From Microgenomates group bacterium Gr01-1014_7 (GTDB lineage Bacteria > Patescibacteriota > Microgenomatia > Daviesbacterales > UBA10151), in the NCBI GenBank assembly GCA_007376405.1, contig VMGD01000004.1, positions 8,960 to 72,959 on the forward strand: 64,000 bases of DNA, given 5' to 3'. The stretch's first letter is position 1; the number at the start of each line of letters is the position of its first letter. Below, piece after piece: positions 29,367-39,010 of this stretch. The translations under genes were made by a program, and so were the position numbers. The notes under the pieces are model-generated. The model was not told where the DNA came from. It saw only the letters and a program-made list of their open reading frames with translations, and made no database searches.

Positions 29367-29954
29367 GGCATTCCGGATATTAAATGTGGTGACATTTACC
29401 CCTGTAAAAGCTTCAATTAAGTTTAATACCAGCCAGGCAATGGCTAGAAAAAGTATTCCCAGCAGGGCCCAGGAGAAAGTGTGGTGGGCCGCCTGAACTG
29501 CTTTTGGTTCACCCCCTGATGTTAAATACTTAAATCCTGCCCAGATAAGCATTATTAGTGAGGCTATGAATGCCAAGCCCACAACCACATTAACAACATT
29601 TTTAAAAACATCCTCAATCTCTTTTAACCCCGCAGCATCATTGACAGTAGTGCCCGCAGGAGTAGCACCGGGTACACATCTGGTCATGTTTGGTGATGGA
29701 ATACCGGTTACCAGTTCATCATTTTCGACTTCGCAATGTGTGCCTGTTGGGCAGTTTTGAAGATGTTCATGTGTACAATCGCCTAAGTTACGATACCTTT
29801 GTATGCCTCCTGCACAATACTGGTCCAGCTGTCCAGAGTAGGGAGCTCTTTGTTCTTCTTCTTGGGGTGTGCAATGGCCGGCATAAACAGGAGAAGGGTA
29901 AAGTGTAAAGGGTAAAGTGAAAAGCAGGATTAGAAGTATTAGTTTTAAATACAT
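29358..29954 (-). CDS. VirB2/TrbC-like pilin with Cys-rich N-terminal extension
   Basis: LIWAGFKYLTSGGEPKAVQAA...WALLG pilin hairpin. Confidence 0.8.
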   Translation of the reverse strand: MYLKLILLILLFTLPFTLYPSPVYAGHCTPQEEEQRAPYSGQLDQYCAGGIQRYRNLGDCTHEHLQNCPTGTHCEVENDELVTGIPSPNMTRCVPGATPAGTTVNDAAGLKEIEDVFKNVVNVVVGLAFIASLIMLIWAGFKYLTSGGEPKAVQAAHHTFSWALLGILFLAIAWLVLNLIEAFTGVNVTTFNIRNALP

Positions 29955-29995
29955 GATACTTAATACATAATACTTAATACTCTTGTTGGGGTCAA

Positions 29996-30451
29996 TTATC
30001 GTGGTGGTGTGGGTATGACGAAGTTTGCAACGTTAAAGCCCAGGAATGATCCTGCTACCTGGAATAGGGCAAAAGCAACCGACAGTATGCCCAAACCCAC
30101 TAAAGCATTAATGATTCTGCCTCTTGCTTTTCCAACAGCTTCTTTATCACCGCCCGAGAAAATCCATTCAAATGCTCCCCAGATAAGCATGAGTAAGACT
30201 ACTACTACAGCCAGTATTAAAAGTAAAGTTAATGTGTTTTGAATAAAATCTCCCAGATTGGCAAAACCAATTGGCTGGTTGTTCTCTCTTGTGGGTCTTT
30301 GGATTTGAATACTTGAATTATCTACATGACCTGGTACATGATTTGCAAATGCGGTAGTGGCACTATAAAAAGAAGTTAGTACTGAGCTTCCAAGAAGAAT
30401 TAATTTTCTCATTACTATATTATAGTATTCATAAATTAAATTGTTTGTCAA
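29996..30451 (-). CDS. VirB2/TrbC-like pilin
   Basis: LIWGAFEWIFSGGDKEAVGKARGRIINALVG; start may be the downstream MRKLI. Confidence 0.82.
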   Translation of the reverse strand: MTNNLIYEYYNIVMRKLILLGSSVLTSFYSATTAFANHVPGHVDNSSIQIQRPTRENNQPIGFANLGDFIQNTLTLLLILAVVVVLLMLIWGAFEWIFSGGDKEAVGKARGRIINALVGLGILSVAFALFQVAGSFLGFNVANFVIPTPPR

Positions 30452-30466
30452 GCCAGCAGTTTGGCT

Positions 30467-30823
30467 TCACCTTTGACCTGCAAAGAAAGTAAATCCGGTA
30501 AATGTTCCCAAAATTTGAATAATTGCAAATGCCACTGCAAAAAGCATAATGCCAACAAAAGCATTGATCAGTCTGCTTTTGGCATGTTCCAGCTTTTCCT
30601 TATCCCCTCCGGATGTCAGCCAGTCAAAAGCTCCCCAAAGTATCATAAAGATTAAAACAATAGTTGCTACTGAGTAAATCAGAGTAACCAGATTGCTTAA
30701 AACCATGCTGATGGCAGAAGCGCCGCTGGCATCGGTTTCAATAAACCTTCTGAAAACATGCGGTACTCCTATTGTGCCGAATGCAGCTTCAATTTCATGG
30801 TTTGATGCCAAAAGTGTTGACAT
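30467..30823 (-). CDS. VirB2/TrbC-like pilin
   Basis: ILWGAFDWLTSGGDKEKLEHAKSRLINAFVG. Confidence 0.82.
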   Translation of the reverse strand: MSTLLASNHEIEAAFGTIGVPHVFRRFIETDASGASAISMVLSNLVTLIYSVATIVLIFMILWGAFDWLTSGGDKEKLEHAKSRLINAFVGIMLFAVAFAIIQILGTFTGFTFFAGQR

Positions 30824-30826
30824 AAT

Positions 30827-31162
30827 TTAATTCCCTCTAAATATATTAAATCCTCCTCTATATCTATTAAATTCAAACAATCCCCCCACTAAAAACTGCA
30901 AAATCAAAAATGCGAACATCAGTATTATAAACCCTACTATGGCATGAGAAATCATCTGTTTTGCCGCAGATACTTCTTCTTTATTTTCTCCTGCCTGAAG
31001 ATACTTAAAAGCTCCCCAGAGAAAGTATAGTATCACCAAAAAAGCAGCAATGGAGAATCCCGGCTCAACCAGTTGGGTTATAGCTGATCCCAAATTCTCA
31101 AACCGTCCTCCCGCAAATCCAAATTCATTGCCTATATTTACTGCAGCATAAGCAGTTTTCAA
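30827..31162 (-). CDS. VirB2/TrbC-like pilin
   Basis: LWGAFKYLQAGENKEEVSAAKQMISHAIVG. Confidence 0.82.
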   Translation of the reverse strand: MKTAYAAVNIGNEFGFAGGRFENLGSAITQLVEPGFSIAAFLVILYFLWGAFKYLQAGENKEEVSAAKQMISHAIVGFIILMFAFLILQFLVGGLFEFNRYRGGFNIFRGN

Positions 31163-31479
31163 AATGGTACTCCTCCTTTTGTTGGCGGAAATATTTCACC
31201 TGCAAATGTTGTTATAAAAAAGGCCAGTAAAATAACTACCAGGCCAATTAAAGCATAAGCAATCCGGGCCCGGGCTTTTGCCAGATTTTCTTTATTCCCC
31301 TGGGCCATAATGTAGGCAAATGCCCCCCAGACTAAATATATAAAAGCCAAAAAGGCTGCAATATAGAAGGCAATGGTTAGAAGGGGGGAAATAATGGAGC
31401 CCAGATTGGTAAACTCACCTTTTAGGCTGTCCGGTCCTGTAATGGTATTTCCTCCTGGCAATTTTAAAGCTAATTTCAT
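31159..31479 (-). CDS. VirB2/TrbC-like pilin
   Basis: VWGAFAYIMAQGNKENLAKARARIAYALIG; start MKLAL at 31479 preferred. Confidence 0.8.
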   Translation of the reverse strand: MKLALKLPGGNTITGPDSLKGEFTNLGSIISPLLTIAFYIAAFLAFIYLVWGAFAYIMAQGNKENLAKARARIAYALIGLVVILLAFFITTFAGEIFPPTKGGVPF

Positions 31480-31490
31480 AGATTTAAGAT

Positions 31491-31877
31491 TCACGATTTA
31501 TGATTTACGAATGTTTTTGTGCTTCTGATAAATCCCTGCAAAATTTGATGAGCTAGATTTGCCTGATCTGCTAAAGAATTAAAATCCTTAACATCAAGAT
31601 ATCCTACATCTTTTGCAATAAGTATAAAGTTTTTTAATTCAGTTAATGATCCTTGGGATAAGTAATAGAATTGCAATTTTTCCTTATAAGAATGTCTACC
31701 AAATCCTTCAGCAATATTAGCCGTCACAGATGATGCTGCTCTTCTCATCTGGTCGACCAAAGAATAAGTTTCCTCTTTAGGAAATGTTTTGGTTATTTTG
31801 TAAACCATAACTACTAGAATATGCCCTTCCTGCCAAACTTTCAAATCCGTAAATGTCTGTATCTTTCCATTCTTCAT
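31491..31877 (-). CDS. Four-helix-bundle protein (23S rRNA IVP / bAvd-like family)
   Basis: FTDLKVWQ...FPKEE.YSL.DQMRRAASSV.ANIAEG...GSL.E; flanked by 7-mer-derived direct repeats. Confidence 0.92.
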   Translation of the reverse strand: MKNGKIQTFTDLKVWQEGHILVVMVYKITKTFPKEETYSLVDQMRRAASSVTANIAEGFGRHSYKEKLQFYYLSQGSLTELKNFILIAKDVGYLDVKDFNSLADQANLAHQILQGFIRSTKTFVNHKS

Positions 31878-31947
31878 AAAAATAGATTTAAGATTCATGA
31901 TTTACGAATTATTCTTAAATCTCTATTCTTAAATCTTAAATCACTCT

Positions 31948-33432
31948 TTACCGGGCGAAGCCTGGTAACCTTAAGATATCAAATCCAATGATTTGCATCA
32001 GCAGAACGGCAAAAATAACCATTAGTAGTCCTATTATTGCATTGGTAAACCTGTCTTTTCCTGTTGCCAAAGTTTCCGGATTTCCTGCAGAAGTTAACAT
32101 CTGGAATGCTCCCAAAAGCATCATCAAAAATGCAAACCCTCCCCCAATGGCAATGATAAATGTCAAAAAGTCTTTGGTAAATCCCACTGGATCAGTATGC
32201 ACGCACCCAATGGCTGTTTTAAATCCTTTCCCCCCGTCACAGGGAATCCCCCCCGCCGCAGCCGGACTCCCGGCAGGAGCACCCCGTCCTCCTGGGCCGG
32301 TGGAAGGACTAGGCGCTGGAGAAACAACAGTATCAGGAGGGGAGGCTGTACAACTTCCAGGTTGGCTGGGATCATTACTTATGGTAAACCCTCCTTGAGC
32401 TATTACATTACCCGAATTGCATGCGGTTGAACTTTCCATTACGCTCATTGTATGAGGCCCCGTATCATAAGTTCCTAAATTAAATTCAATGTTTCCACCT
32501 GACGATGCATTGCATGTTGTTCCACTGGTGGGGTTACGGCCGTCTACAGAAACTTTATATATGCCATCTGGTACCCCGGGAATTGTGATTTGAACATTAT
32601 CACCAGAGGTAAACCGGGGATTGGTACAGGTAATTGAACTCGTTAGTACGGAACTGACGACAAAGGAAGCAGTTGCTAGATCAATCTCTTGCCCGGCTCT
32701 TTCTCCTGTTATCTTGATATTATAATTTCCGGCCTGGAAGCTCTGGCAAGTGCTTGCCGGTGTACGATGGTAAACATAAATATCCCCTATAGAACATATA
32801 GCCATTGATAAATTACCGCTTGTGTCAGGGTTAATAGTTCCTGAAATTTGTTGCCATTGCCCGCTATCTTTTTGAATATAATATCTGTATGTCATATTGC
32901 TGCGCAGATTGCTCAAAATGGCTTGAATATTTGTAGCACTGATTGTTAATGTGGTAGTTGAGAGAGAAAGCCTTACTCCGGAGATAACTGTAAAAGGACC
33001 ACTTGTTATGACTGGGTTAGGGTTAGGTTCGCTCACGGAAGCTAGTCTTATTGTTACTGTATAATTTGTTAAATCAAAAAATCTGCATGCACTACTTGCA
33101 TCTGCATAGACAATTCTTCCTGGATTGAAAACTGGACAGAATTCGAAAGAGAGACTGGTGCCTGTAGGTTGACGGTACGCATGGGTGATCCGATCCATTG
33201 CAGTACCGCCTCGATAGATAGGTATTTCTGTTGATTCATTACCCTTTTTTACATAAAGAATGTAACCTTGTCCTCCTCTTAAATTACTAACGGTAATGTG
33301 GGCATTATCTTGGACAGATACAGGGTTAGGTGATACTGATACTGATATTGATTGGGCTTGAACTATGGAAACATTCTGAAAACAGAGAAGTAAAAGGGAT
33401 ATAAGTATTCTTATAAAAACAATTTTCCCCAT
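31948..33432 (-). CDS. Large pilin-like protein: beta-rich extracellular domains fused to a C-terminal VirB2-like hairpin
   Basis: Signal peptide, S/T-rich beta domains, C-terminal TAIGC...GAFQMLTSAGNPE...FTNAIIG. Confidence 0.75.
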   Translation of the reverse strand: MGKIVFIRILISLLLLCFQNVSIVQAQSISVSVSPNPVSVQDNAHITVSNLRGGQGYILYVKKGNESTEIPIYRGGTAMDRITHAYRQPTGTSLSFEFCPVFNPGRIVYADASSACRFFDLTNYTVTIRLASVSEPNPNPVITSGPFTVISGVRLSLSTTTLTISATNIQAILSNLRSNMTYRYYIQKDSGQWQQISGTINPDTSGNLSMAICSIGDIYVYHRTPASTCQSFQAGNYNIKITGERAGQEIDLATASFVVSSVLTSSITCTNPRFTSGDNVQITIPGVPDGIYKVSVDGRNPTSGTTCNASSGGNIEFNLGTYDTGPHTMSVMESSTACNSGNVIAQGGFTISNDPSQPGSCTASPPDTVVSPAPSPSTGPGGRGAPAGSPAAAGGIPCDGGKGFKTAIGCVHTDPVGFTKDFLTFIIAIGGGFAFLMMLLGAFQMLTSAGNPETLATGKDRFTNAIIGLLMVIFAVLLMQIIGFDILRLPGFAR

Positions 33433-33507
33433 AACTTCACCTTAGCACAAACCTTATATCTTGACAATTAAGCGTAATCGTTTTATACTTGTATATACAA
33501 TATATAT

Positions 33508-33816
33508 ATGCCCATAATTAAGGGAAGGAAGGTTGTTGAGTTTGATTGGGATGAGGCAAACATTGCCCATATAGCAAAGCATAATGTATTGCCGGAAGAG
33601 GCAGAAGAGGTATTTTTTGATGAAAATAATGTGCAGGATGAGGATGTAGCACATTCAACAGCTGAAAAGCGTCTTTTAATAATTGGACAAACAGGAAAGG
33701 GAAGATTACTTTATCAAATATTTACCATAAGAGGAAAGAAAATCAGAGTTATTTCCTCTCGCGATATTAACAAAAAGGAGGTCCGGTTATATGAAAAAAA
33801 AATTAGTCGTTCCTAA
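33508..33816 (+). CDS. brnT: BrnT-family toxin
   Basis: EFDWDEAN..HIAKH.V..EEAEEVF...E.R...IG...IRVISSR. Confidence 0.9.
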   Translation: MPIIKGRKVVEFDWDEANIAHIAKHNVLPEEAEEVFFDENNVQDEDVAHSTAEKRLLIIGQTGKGRLLYQIFTIRGKKIRVISSRDINKKEVRLYEKKISRS

Positions 33817-34054
33817 ATTCAAAAGTGAAGCAGAAGAGGCCGAGTTTTGGGCCAAACTTAACTTAATGGAATATTTTGAACCTTCTGATTTTAAAAGAGG
33901 AATAATATTCCCTAATTTAAAACGCAGCAAGCGCCTCATTTCTATTAGACTCCCTGAAGAACTGATTGGTAAGGTAAAGAAAAAGGCATCTAATCTGGAT
34001 ATACCATACCAAAGCCTGATCCGTCAGTATATTCAGCAGGGAGTAGCCCAATAA
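33791..34054 (+). CDS. BrnA/CopG-like antitoxin
   Basis: PKFKSEAEEAEFW...ISIRLP...IPYQSLI. Confidence 0.85.
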   Translation: MKKKLVVPKFKSEAEEAEFWAKLNLMEYFEPSDFKRGIIFPNLKRSKRLISIRLPEELIGKVKKKASNLDIPYQSLIRQYIQQGVAQ

Positions 34055-34141
34055 GAAAATATTTTCCCATCCCCTCCACCTTAGCACATTCTATAGATTA
34101 GGGTCTAGGGTTTAGCCACTGGGGTATAGTAAAATAAACAC

Positions 34142-34225
34142 ATGCTCACTTCTTACCGTCAACTGACTGTTTGGCAAAAGGCATTTGAATTATCAAAAGT
34201 GAGTAGTTTTTCTTATCCTAAATGA
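34142..34225 (+). pseudogene. Truncated four-helix-bundle gene (N-terminal fragment)
   Basis: Translates as MLTSYRQLTVWQKAFELSK..., the family N-terminus, then stops; flanked by TAGGG/TATACCC heptamer arrays. Confidence 0.7.
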
Positions 34226-35937
34226 AAAAAATATTGTTTTTTATATTGTTTTTGTATCTTACCCTATACCCTATACCCTATACCCTATACCCTGTTTCTG
34301 CTGATGAAATAGAGGATTTGCAAAAGCAGATTGATGAGCTAAACCGTGCCCGGGAGCTTTCCGTCAAAGCAACCAAACCTTTGGAAGGCCAATTTGATTC
34401 CTTAAAACGCCAGCTTGCACAAATTCAGGCCAATTTGGATAATCTATCTGCCAATATTGGTAAAAAACAAAAAGAGCTAGATATAAGAGAAGATAAGATT
34501 GCCCTGCAGCAGGCTTTACTGGAAAAAAGAGTAAAAGCTTACTACATCCGGTCATACCTGGCAGATCCACTTTTGGTTATTCTTTCCTCAATTCACTCGG
34601 GGGATTTATTCAGAGAGCTTGCCCTTCGTCAATCCGTGGCAAGAGAAGACCGGAAAATAATTACTTCTATAACGGCAGAAGTGGTTGATTTACTCACTCA
34701 AAAAACCAAGCTGGAAAAAGACAAAGCTAAGCTCGCGATCTTTCAAGAAGAAGTGGATAAAAATGCCAAATTTTTGGGAGGGGAAATTAAAAAAGCCAAA
34801 GATTATCAAACCCAACTTAGTAGTCAAATTGCTCAGCTTTCTGCCAGACAGCAGCAAATTATTGCCCAAAGGCAAGCCAGTTTGAATTTGCCCACTTCTT
34901 TGGGAGCAGGGCCGCTTTTTTGCACAGATGATAGAAAATTAGACCCGGGTTTTAGGCCTGGCTTTGCCTTTTTTACTTTTGGTATTCCGCACCGTGTGGG
35001 CATGAACCAGTATGGAGCTTATGGCAGGTCACAGGCAGGGCAAAGTCATGAGGATATATTGCGGGCCTATTTTCAGGATTTTTCTTTTGAACAGCGGCCA
35101 AATATTAATATTTCCGTGCAGGGTTATGGTTCAATGCCGCTGGAAACTTATCTTTTGGGAATTTATGAAATGCCTGATTCCTGGCCGCCGGAGGCCTTAA
35201 AAGCACAAGCCATATCTGCCCGCTCTTATGCTCTTGCCTTTACTAATAATGGGGCCGGTGAAATTTGCACCAGCCAACTTTGTCAAGTCTATAAAGGAGG
35301 TAATAAAGGCGGCAATTGGGAGCAGGCAATTAGGGCAACTGAGGGGAAAGTAATGGTTTCGGGAGGGGTGGTTGTTAAAGCCTGGTATTCTTCAACCGAC
35401 GGAGGCTATACTTTCACATCAGGAGATGTTTTTGGCGGCAACCGCTCCTTTACTAAAAGATTGCGGGATACTAATGGGGACATAGGTAATTTTTCTGACC
35501 TGTTCTCCAAAGCTTATGACAGGGATTCTCCCTGTTTTTATGCGGCCCAGGGGTTTAGGGCTGAATTTGCCAAATCAGCCTGGTTAAAATCGGAAGAGGT
35601 GGCAGACATTGCCAATGTGATTATGCTTTCCAAGAAAGACTCGGGAGTGGCGTCCCATATTTACCAGACAGACAAACCCAATCCTGAAGGAGGGGAGACA
35701 TGGGATAAAGATAAAGTTAAACAGGAGTTGCGAGGCAGAGGAGGGAGCCCTTTCAGCAGTGTTTCTTCGGTTTCTGTGTCCGGCGATTTTTCCTCAGGTA
35801 TGGTTTCGTCGGTGACAGTTTCAGGAGACAAGGGTTCGGAAACATTCAATGCCGGCGAATTTAAAAACTTTTTTAATATTCGTGCCCCGGCCAATATACA
35901 AATTGTCGGACCGCTTTTTAATGTTGAGCAAAAGTAG
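34222..35937 (+). CDS. Coiled-coil plus SpoIID/LytB-domain peptidoglycan hydrolase
   Basis: HRVGMNQYGA, YLLGIYEMP.SWP.EALKAQAISARSYA, CQVY. Confidence 0.85.
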   Translation: MKKILFFILFLYLTLYPIPYTLYPVSADEIEDLQKQIDELNRARELSVKATKPLEGQFDSLKRQLAQIQANLDNLSANIGKKQKELDIREDKIALQQALLEKRVKAYYIRSYLADPLLVILSSIHSGDLFRELALRQSVAREDRKIITSITAEVVDLLTQKTKLEKDKAKLAIFQEEVDKNAKFLGGEIKKAKDYQTQLSSQIAQLSARQQQIIAQRQASLNLPTSLGAGPLFCTDDRKLDPGFRPGFAFFTFGIPHRVGMNQYGAYGRSQAGQSHEDILRAYFQDFSFEQRPNINISVQGYGSMPLETYLLGIYEMPDSWPPEALKAQAISARSYALAFTNNGAGEICTSQLCQVYKGGNKGGNWEQAIRATEGKVMVSGGVVVKAWYSSTDGGYTFTSGDVFGGNRSFTKRLRDTNGDIGNFSDLFSKAYDRDSPCFYAAQGFRAEFAKSAWLKSEEVADIANVIMLSKKDSGVASHIYQTDKPNPEGGETWDKDKVKQELRGRGGSPFSSVSSVSVSGDFSSGMVSSVTVSGDKGSETFNAGEFKNFFNIRAPANIQIVGPLFNVEQK

Positions 35938-35949
35938 TATACTTTTGCC

Positions 35950-36495
35950 ATGTTCCCGGCATATATTGAAAATCCTGTCAATTACCGTTTTGAAGGTCAG
36001 GACGCAGGTGAAAAAATACTGCTTCTTTTGAGAGCTCACCCGATCACCAATTTAAAATGGATTATTCCTGCAATTTTACTCATTCTTGTGCCGTTTTTTA
36101 TACCCGCGACATTTTCCCTTGTTAACTTTGATTTGCCGGAAATCCCTCAGGCTTTTGCAATAGTATTTTTAATAATTAATTACCTTTTGGTTTTAACAAC
36201 TGTCTTTGAAGGCTTTTTGTTTTGGTATTTTAATGTCTATATAGTAACGGATAAAAACATTATTGATGTTGATTTTCATTCAATACTTTTTAAAAATATA
36301 GATGTGGCGCCGCTCCGCAACATTGAAGATACCTCATCCTCTATGGGTGGAATTCTAAATTCAATATTTCACTTCGGTCATGTGTTCATCCAGACAGCAG
36401 GCACTTCAAGGAATATAGATTTTATAGATGTGCCAAAGCCTCACGCTGTTGCTGATTTTATTCTGGATGAGGCGCACAAACTATATGGAAGTTAA
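35950..36495 (+). CDS. Membrane protein with bacterial PH domain
   Basis: Two TMs then YIVTDKNIID...FHFGHVFIQTAG. Confidence 0.75.
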   Translation: MFPAYIENPVNYRFEGQDAGEKILLLLRAHPITNLKWIIPAILLILVPFFIPATFSLVNFDLPEIPQAFAIVFLIINYLLVLTTVFEGFLFWYFNVYIVTDKNIIDVDFHSILFKNIDVAPLRNIEDTSSSMGGILNSIFHFGHVFIQTAGTSRNIDFIDVPKPHAVADFILDEAHKLYGS

Positions 36496-36709
36496 TTTTT
36501 TCGCATCAGAAGCAATTCTTGTTTTTTTAAAAGTAGCAATTTTGATAATTTTAGCATTTTACGCTATATTTGCATTACTTATTGTCAGACAGGTGGATTT
36601 AATGAGTAAAACTTTGATTACTACGGTTTCACCAATATTGAAGGGTTTTTCTATTATTCACGCAGGGGTGGCCATAGGACTGATAGTGTTGGCAGCAGGA
36701 ATACTATGA
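36485..36709 (+). CDS. Small two-TM membrane protein
   Basis: FYAIFALLIVRQVDLM; start MEVNF overlaps the upstream stop region. Confidence 0.65.
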   Translation: MEVNFFASEAILVFLKVAILIILAFYAIFALLIVRQVDLMSKTLITTVSPILKGFSIIHAGVAIGLIVLAAGIL

Positions 36710-38568
36710 ACTTAAAAATAGCACAAGTAATTGGACTCAATACCGATCAAAAAGCGGCTCAGGTTAGCTCAGGAGTAAGAGGAGATAATAGTTTTTTTGC
36801 GGTTTTGGATTTAACTTGTGATGATGCTTTTACCAAAGGCAGGCAGATTTTATCGCAACTTAGTGATTTTTATTTTGATTTTGAAGGCTCTCCGGCAGAA
36901 AAGTTAAGTGCCACTTTTGAAGAAGCAAAAGAGAAGTTTGCCGCTTCGCAGTATTCGCTGCTTTTGGCATCAAGTTCCGGAAAAGCGCTCTATCTAATAT
37001 TCAGCGGAGAAGTGGAAGTATATTTAAAAAGAGATGAAAAGCTGTCTTCTCTTCTTTCGGTTGGAAGCTCTTCCCAGCTTATTTCCGGATTTTTGCAGGG
37101 AGGAGACAGACTGCTTTTTTCCACCAAAAGTTTAACTGGTTTTTTAGGAGAGGATTTGGAAAAATCGCTAAATTTGCCATTGGAGGTTTTCGAACAGGAA
37201 ATCACAGATAGAATCGGAGCCTCCAATCTGGAAAATCAGGGTTTGGCTGGTTTGGTGGTAGAGATACAGGAGGAGGAAAAAGAGGAAATTCCAAGCCTGG
37301 AGCAGGAGGTATATGAGAGTACGCCAGGTGTTACCTCAGATGATAGTCCCCGAAGTAGTAAGATCATTAATTACCTGGTAACTCCTTTGGTAGTTTTTAA
37401 AAAGTTTTTCGCCATTTACTTTCCCAGAAGCGGCAAGGTCAGGCTAATTATGGCAGTGATTTTAATAGTGGTAATAGCTTTGGGGGTGGGGTTAAAAGTA
37501 AAAGCAGGCAAAGATGTGGCCAGAGATGTAACCTTTAATCAGGCGCTGCAGCAGGCAAGAGATGATTTTAGCGCTGCCAAAGGTTTATCTTCTCTTAATC
37601 CCTCAGATGCCAAAGCTAAATTAGATTCTGCCAGGCAAAATCTTGATAAAGCCTTGAGTTTAAAACCAAAAGAAGCGCAAGCTCAAGATCTTAAAAAACA
37701 AATTGAGGCTGAGTCAGGTTCGATCTTGCAGCAATCCACAGCTTCAGAGTTCCCGGTTTTTTTGGATATGGATTTAATCAAGAAAAATTTCCGGGCCAGT
37801 CAAATGAGTTTATCCGGGAATAATCTGCTTCTTTTGGACAGGTCAGTTAAAACTTTGGTGGCAGTGGATTTAACTAAAAAAAGCAATCAGATTTTAGCAG
37901 GTTCGGATCAGCTGGGGGAAGCAACACTTGCTTCATTAAACGGCGGGCTGGCCTTTGTTTTCTCAAAAGATAAAGGGGTGCTACGGGTGGATACCGGGAG
38001 CCAAAAGGTAACTTCTGTTTCCAAAGTAGACAGGGATTGGGGGGAGATTTTGGATTTGGCCGGATTTGCCGGGAATGTTTATCTGCTTGACTTGGCTAAT
38101 CCTTCGGCCACGGGTTCGGCAAGCTCACCGCAAGCGGGCTCAGGACAAATCTGGAAGTATTTACCCACCGCTGATGGATATTCCGATTCAAGGGAATATT
38201 TAAGTAAAAATACCAAGACTAATTTCGCAAACAGTCTAAGAATGCAGATTGAATCCTCAATATATATTCTGAAATCCGGGGGAGAGATTTTAAGATTTAC
38301 CAAAGGGGATAAGGATAATTTTGGTTTGGAAGGACTAGATAAGGGGGTTAAAGATCCAAAGAGTATCTTTACTTCCTCCGATACAGATAATTTGTATGTT
38401 TTGGATTCGGGCAATTCCCGGCTGTTGATTTTAACCAAAACCGGAAAATATAAAGGCCAAATTTCCGGGGAAAAATTCGCCTCAGCTTCTGATGTTGTGG
38501 TGGATGAAAAGGGGAAGAAAGTCTATTTGCTGGAAGGAAGTAAGATATATAGCGTGGACCTAAAGTAG
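36706..38568 (+). CDS. Membrane protein: PP2C-like N-terminal fold, TM, extracellular beta-propeller
   Basis: GDRLLFST-type PP2C-like strand, single TM, NHL-like repeats (NLYVLDSGNSRL). Confidence 0.65.
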   Translation: MNLKIAQVIGLNTDQKAAQVSSGVRGDNSFFAVLDLTCDDAFTKGRQILSQLSDFYFDFEGSPAEKLSATFEEAKEKFAASQYSLLLASSSGKALYLIFSGEVEVYLKRDEKLSSLLSVGSSSQLISGFLQGGDRLLFSTKSLTGFLGEDLEKSLNLPLEVFEQEITDRIGASNLENQGLAGLVVEIQEEEKEEIPSLEQEVYESTPGVTSDDSPRSSKIINYLVTPLVVFKKFFAIYFPRSGKVRLIMAVILIVVIALGVGLKVKAGKDVARDVTFNQALQQARDDFSAAKGLSSLNPSDAKAKLDSARQNLDKALSLKPKEAQAQDLKKQIEAESGSILQQSTASEFPVFLDMDLIKKNFRASQMSLSGNNLLLLDRSVKTLVAVDLTKKSNQILAGSDQLGEATLASLNGGLAFVFSKDKGVLRVDTGSQKVTSVSKVDRDWGEILDLAGFAGNVYLLDLANPSATGSASSPQAGSGQIWKYLPTADGYSDSREYLSKNTKTNFANSLRMQIESSIYILKSGGEILRFTKGDKDNFGLEGLDKGVKDPKSIFTSSDTDNLYVLDSGNSRLLILTKTGKYKGQISGEKFASASDVVVDEKGKKVYLLEGSKIYSVDLK

Positions 38569-39009
38569 ATGCGCATTATCAACAAAAAAGCTCTTCATAA
38601 TTATCATATTCTTGAGCATCTGGAAGCAGGAATAGTTTTATCCGGAGCAGAGGTTAAATCCATAAGATCCGGAAGGATAGATCTGGGTGAAGCTTATGTG
38701 CGGATTTTAAATGGGGAAGCCCATCTTCTTAATGCCAATATTGCCAGGTTTGCCCAAAGTGCGGACACAGCCTATGATGCTACACAATCCAGAAAGTTGC
38801 TGCTGCATAAGACCCAAATTAATACTTTAATTGGTAAAACCTCAGGTAAGGGGACTACTCTGGTTCCGGTTTCTATTTATGAAAAAAATAACAGGTTTAA
38901 AGTTGAAATTGGTTTGGGAAGAAGCAAAAAAGAATTTGACAAACGCCGTGTTGTCAAAGAGCGCGATCATATCCGCCGCGTTGAACAGGAACTGCGGGGA
39001 AAGGAATAA
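38569..39009 (+). CDS. smpB: SsrA-binding protein
   Basis: NKKALHNY...EAGIVLSGAEVKSIR...RKLLLHK...DKR. Confidence 0.97.
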   Translation: MRIINKKALHNYHILEHLEAGIVLSGAEVKSIRSGRIDLGEAYVRILNGEAHLLNANIARFAQSADTAYDATQSRKLLLHKTQINTLIGKTSGKGTTLVPVSIYEKNNRFKVEIGLGRSKKEFDKRRVVKERDHIRRVEQELRGKE

Positions 39010-39010
39010 C

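Noticed and set aside
31491..31898. Diversity-generating retroelement (Avd-like gene next to pilins)
   Set aside because: No reverse transcriptase and no TR/VR pair with adenine-specific mismatches seen in the window
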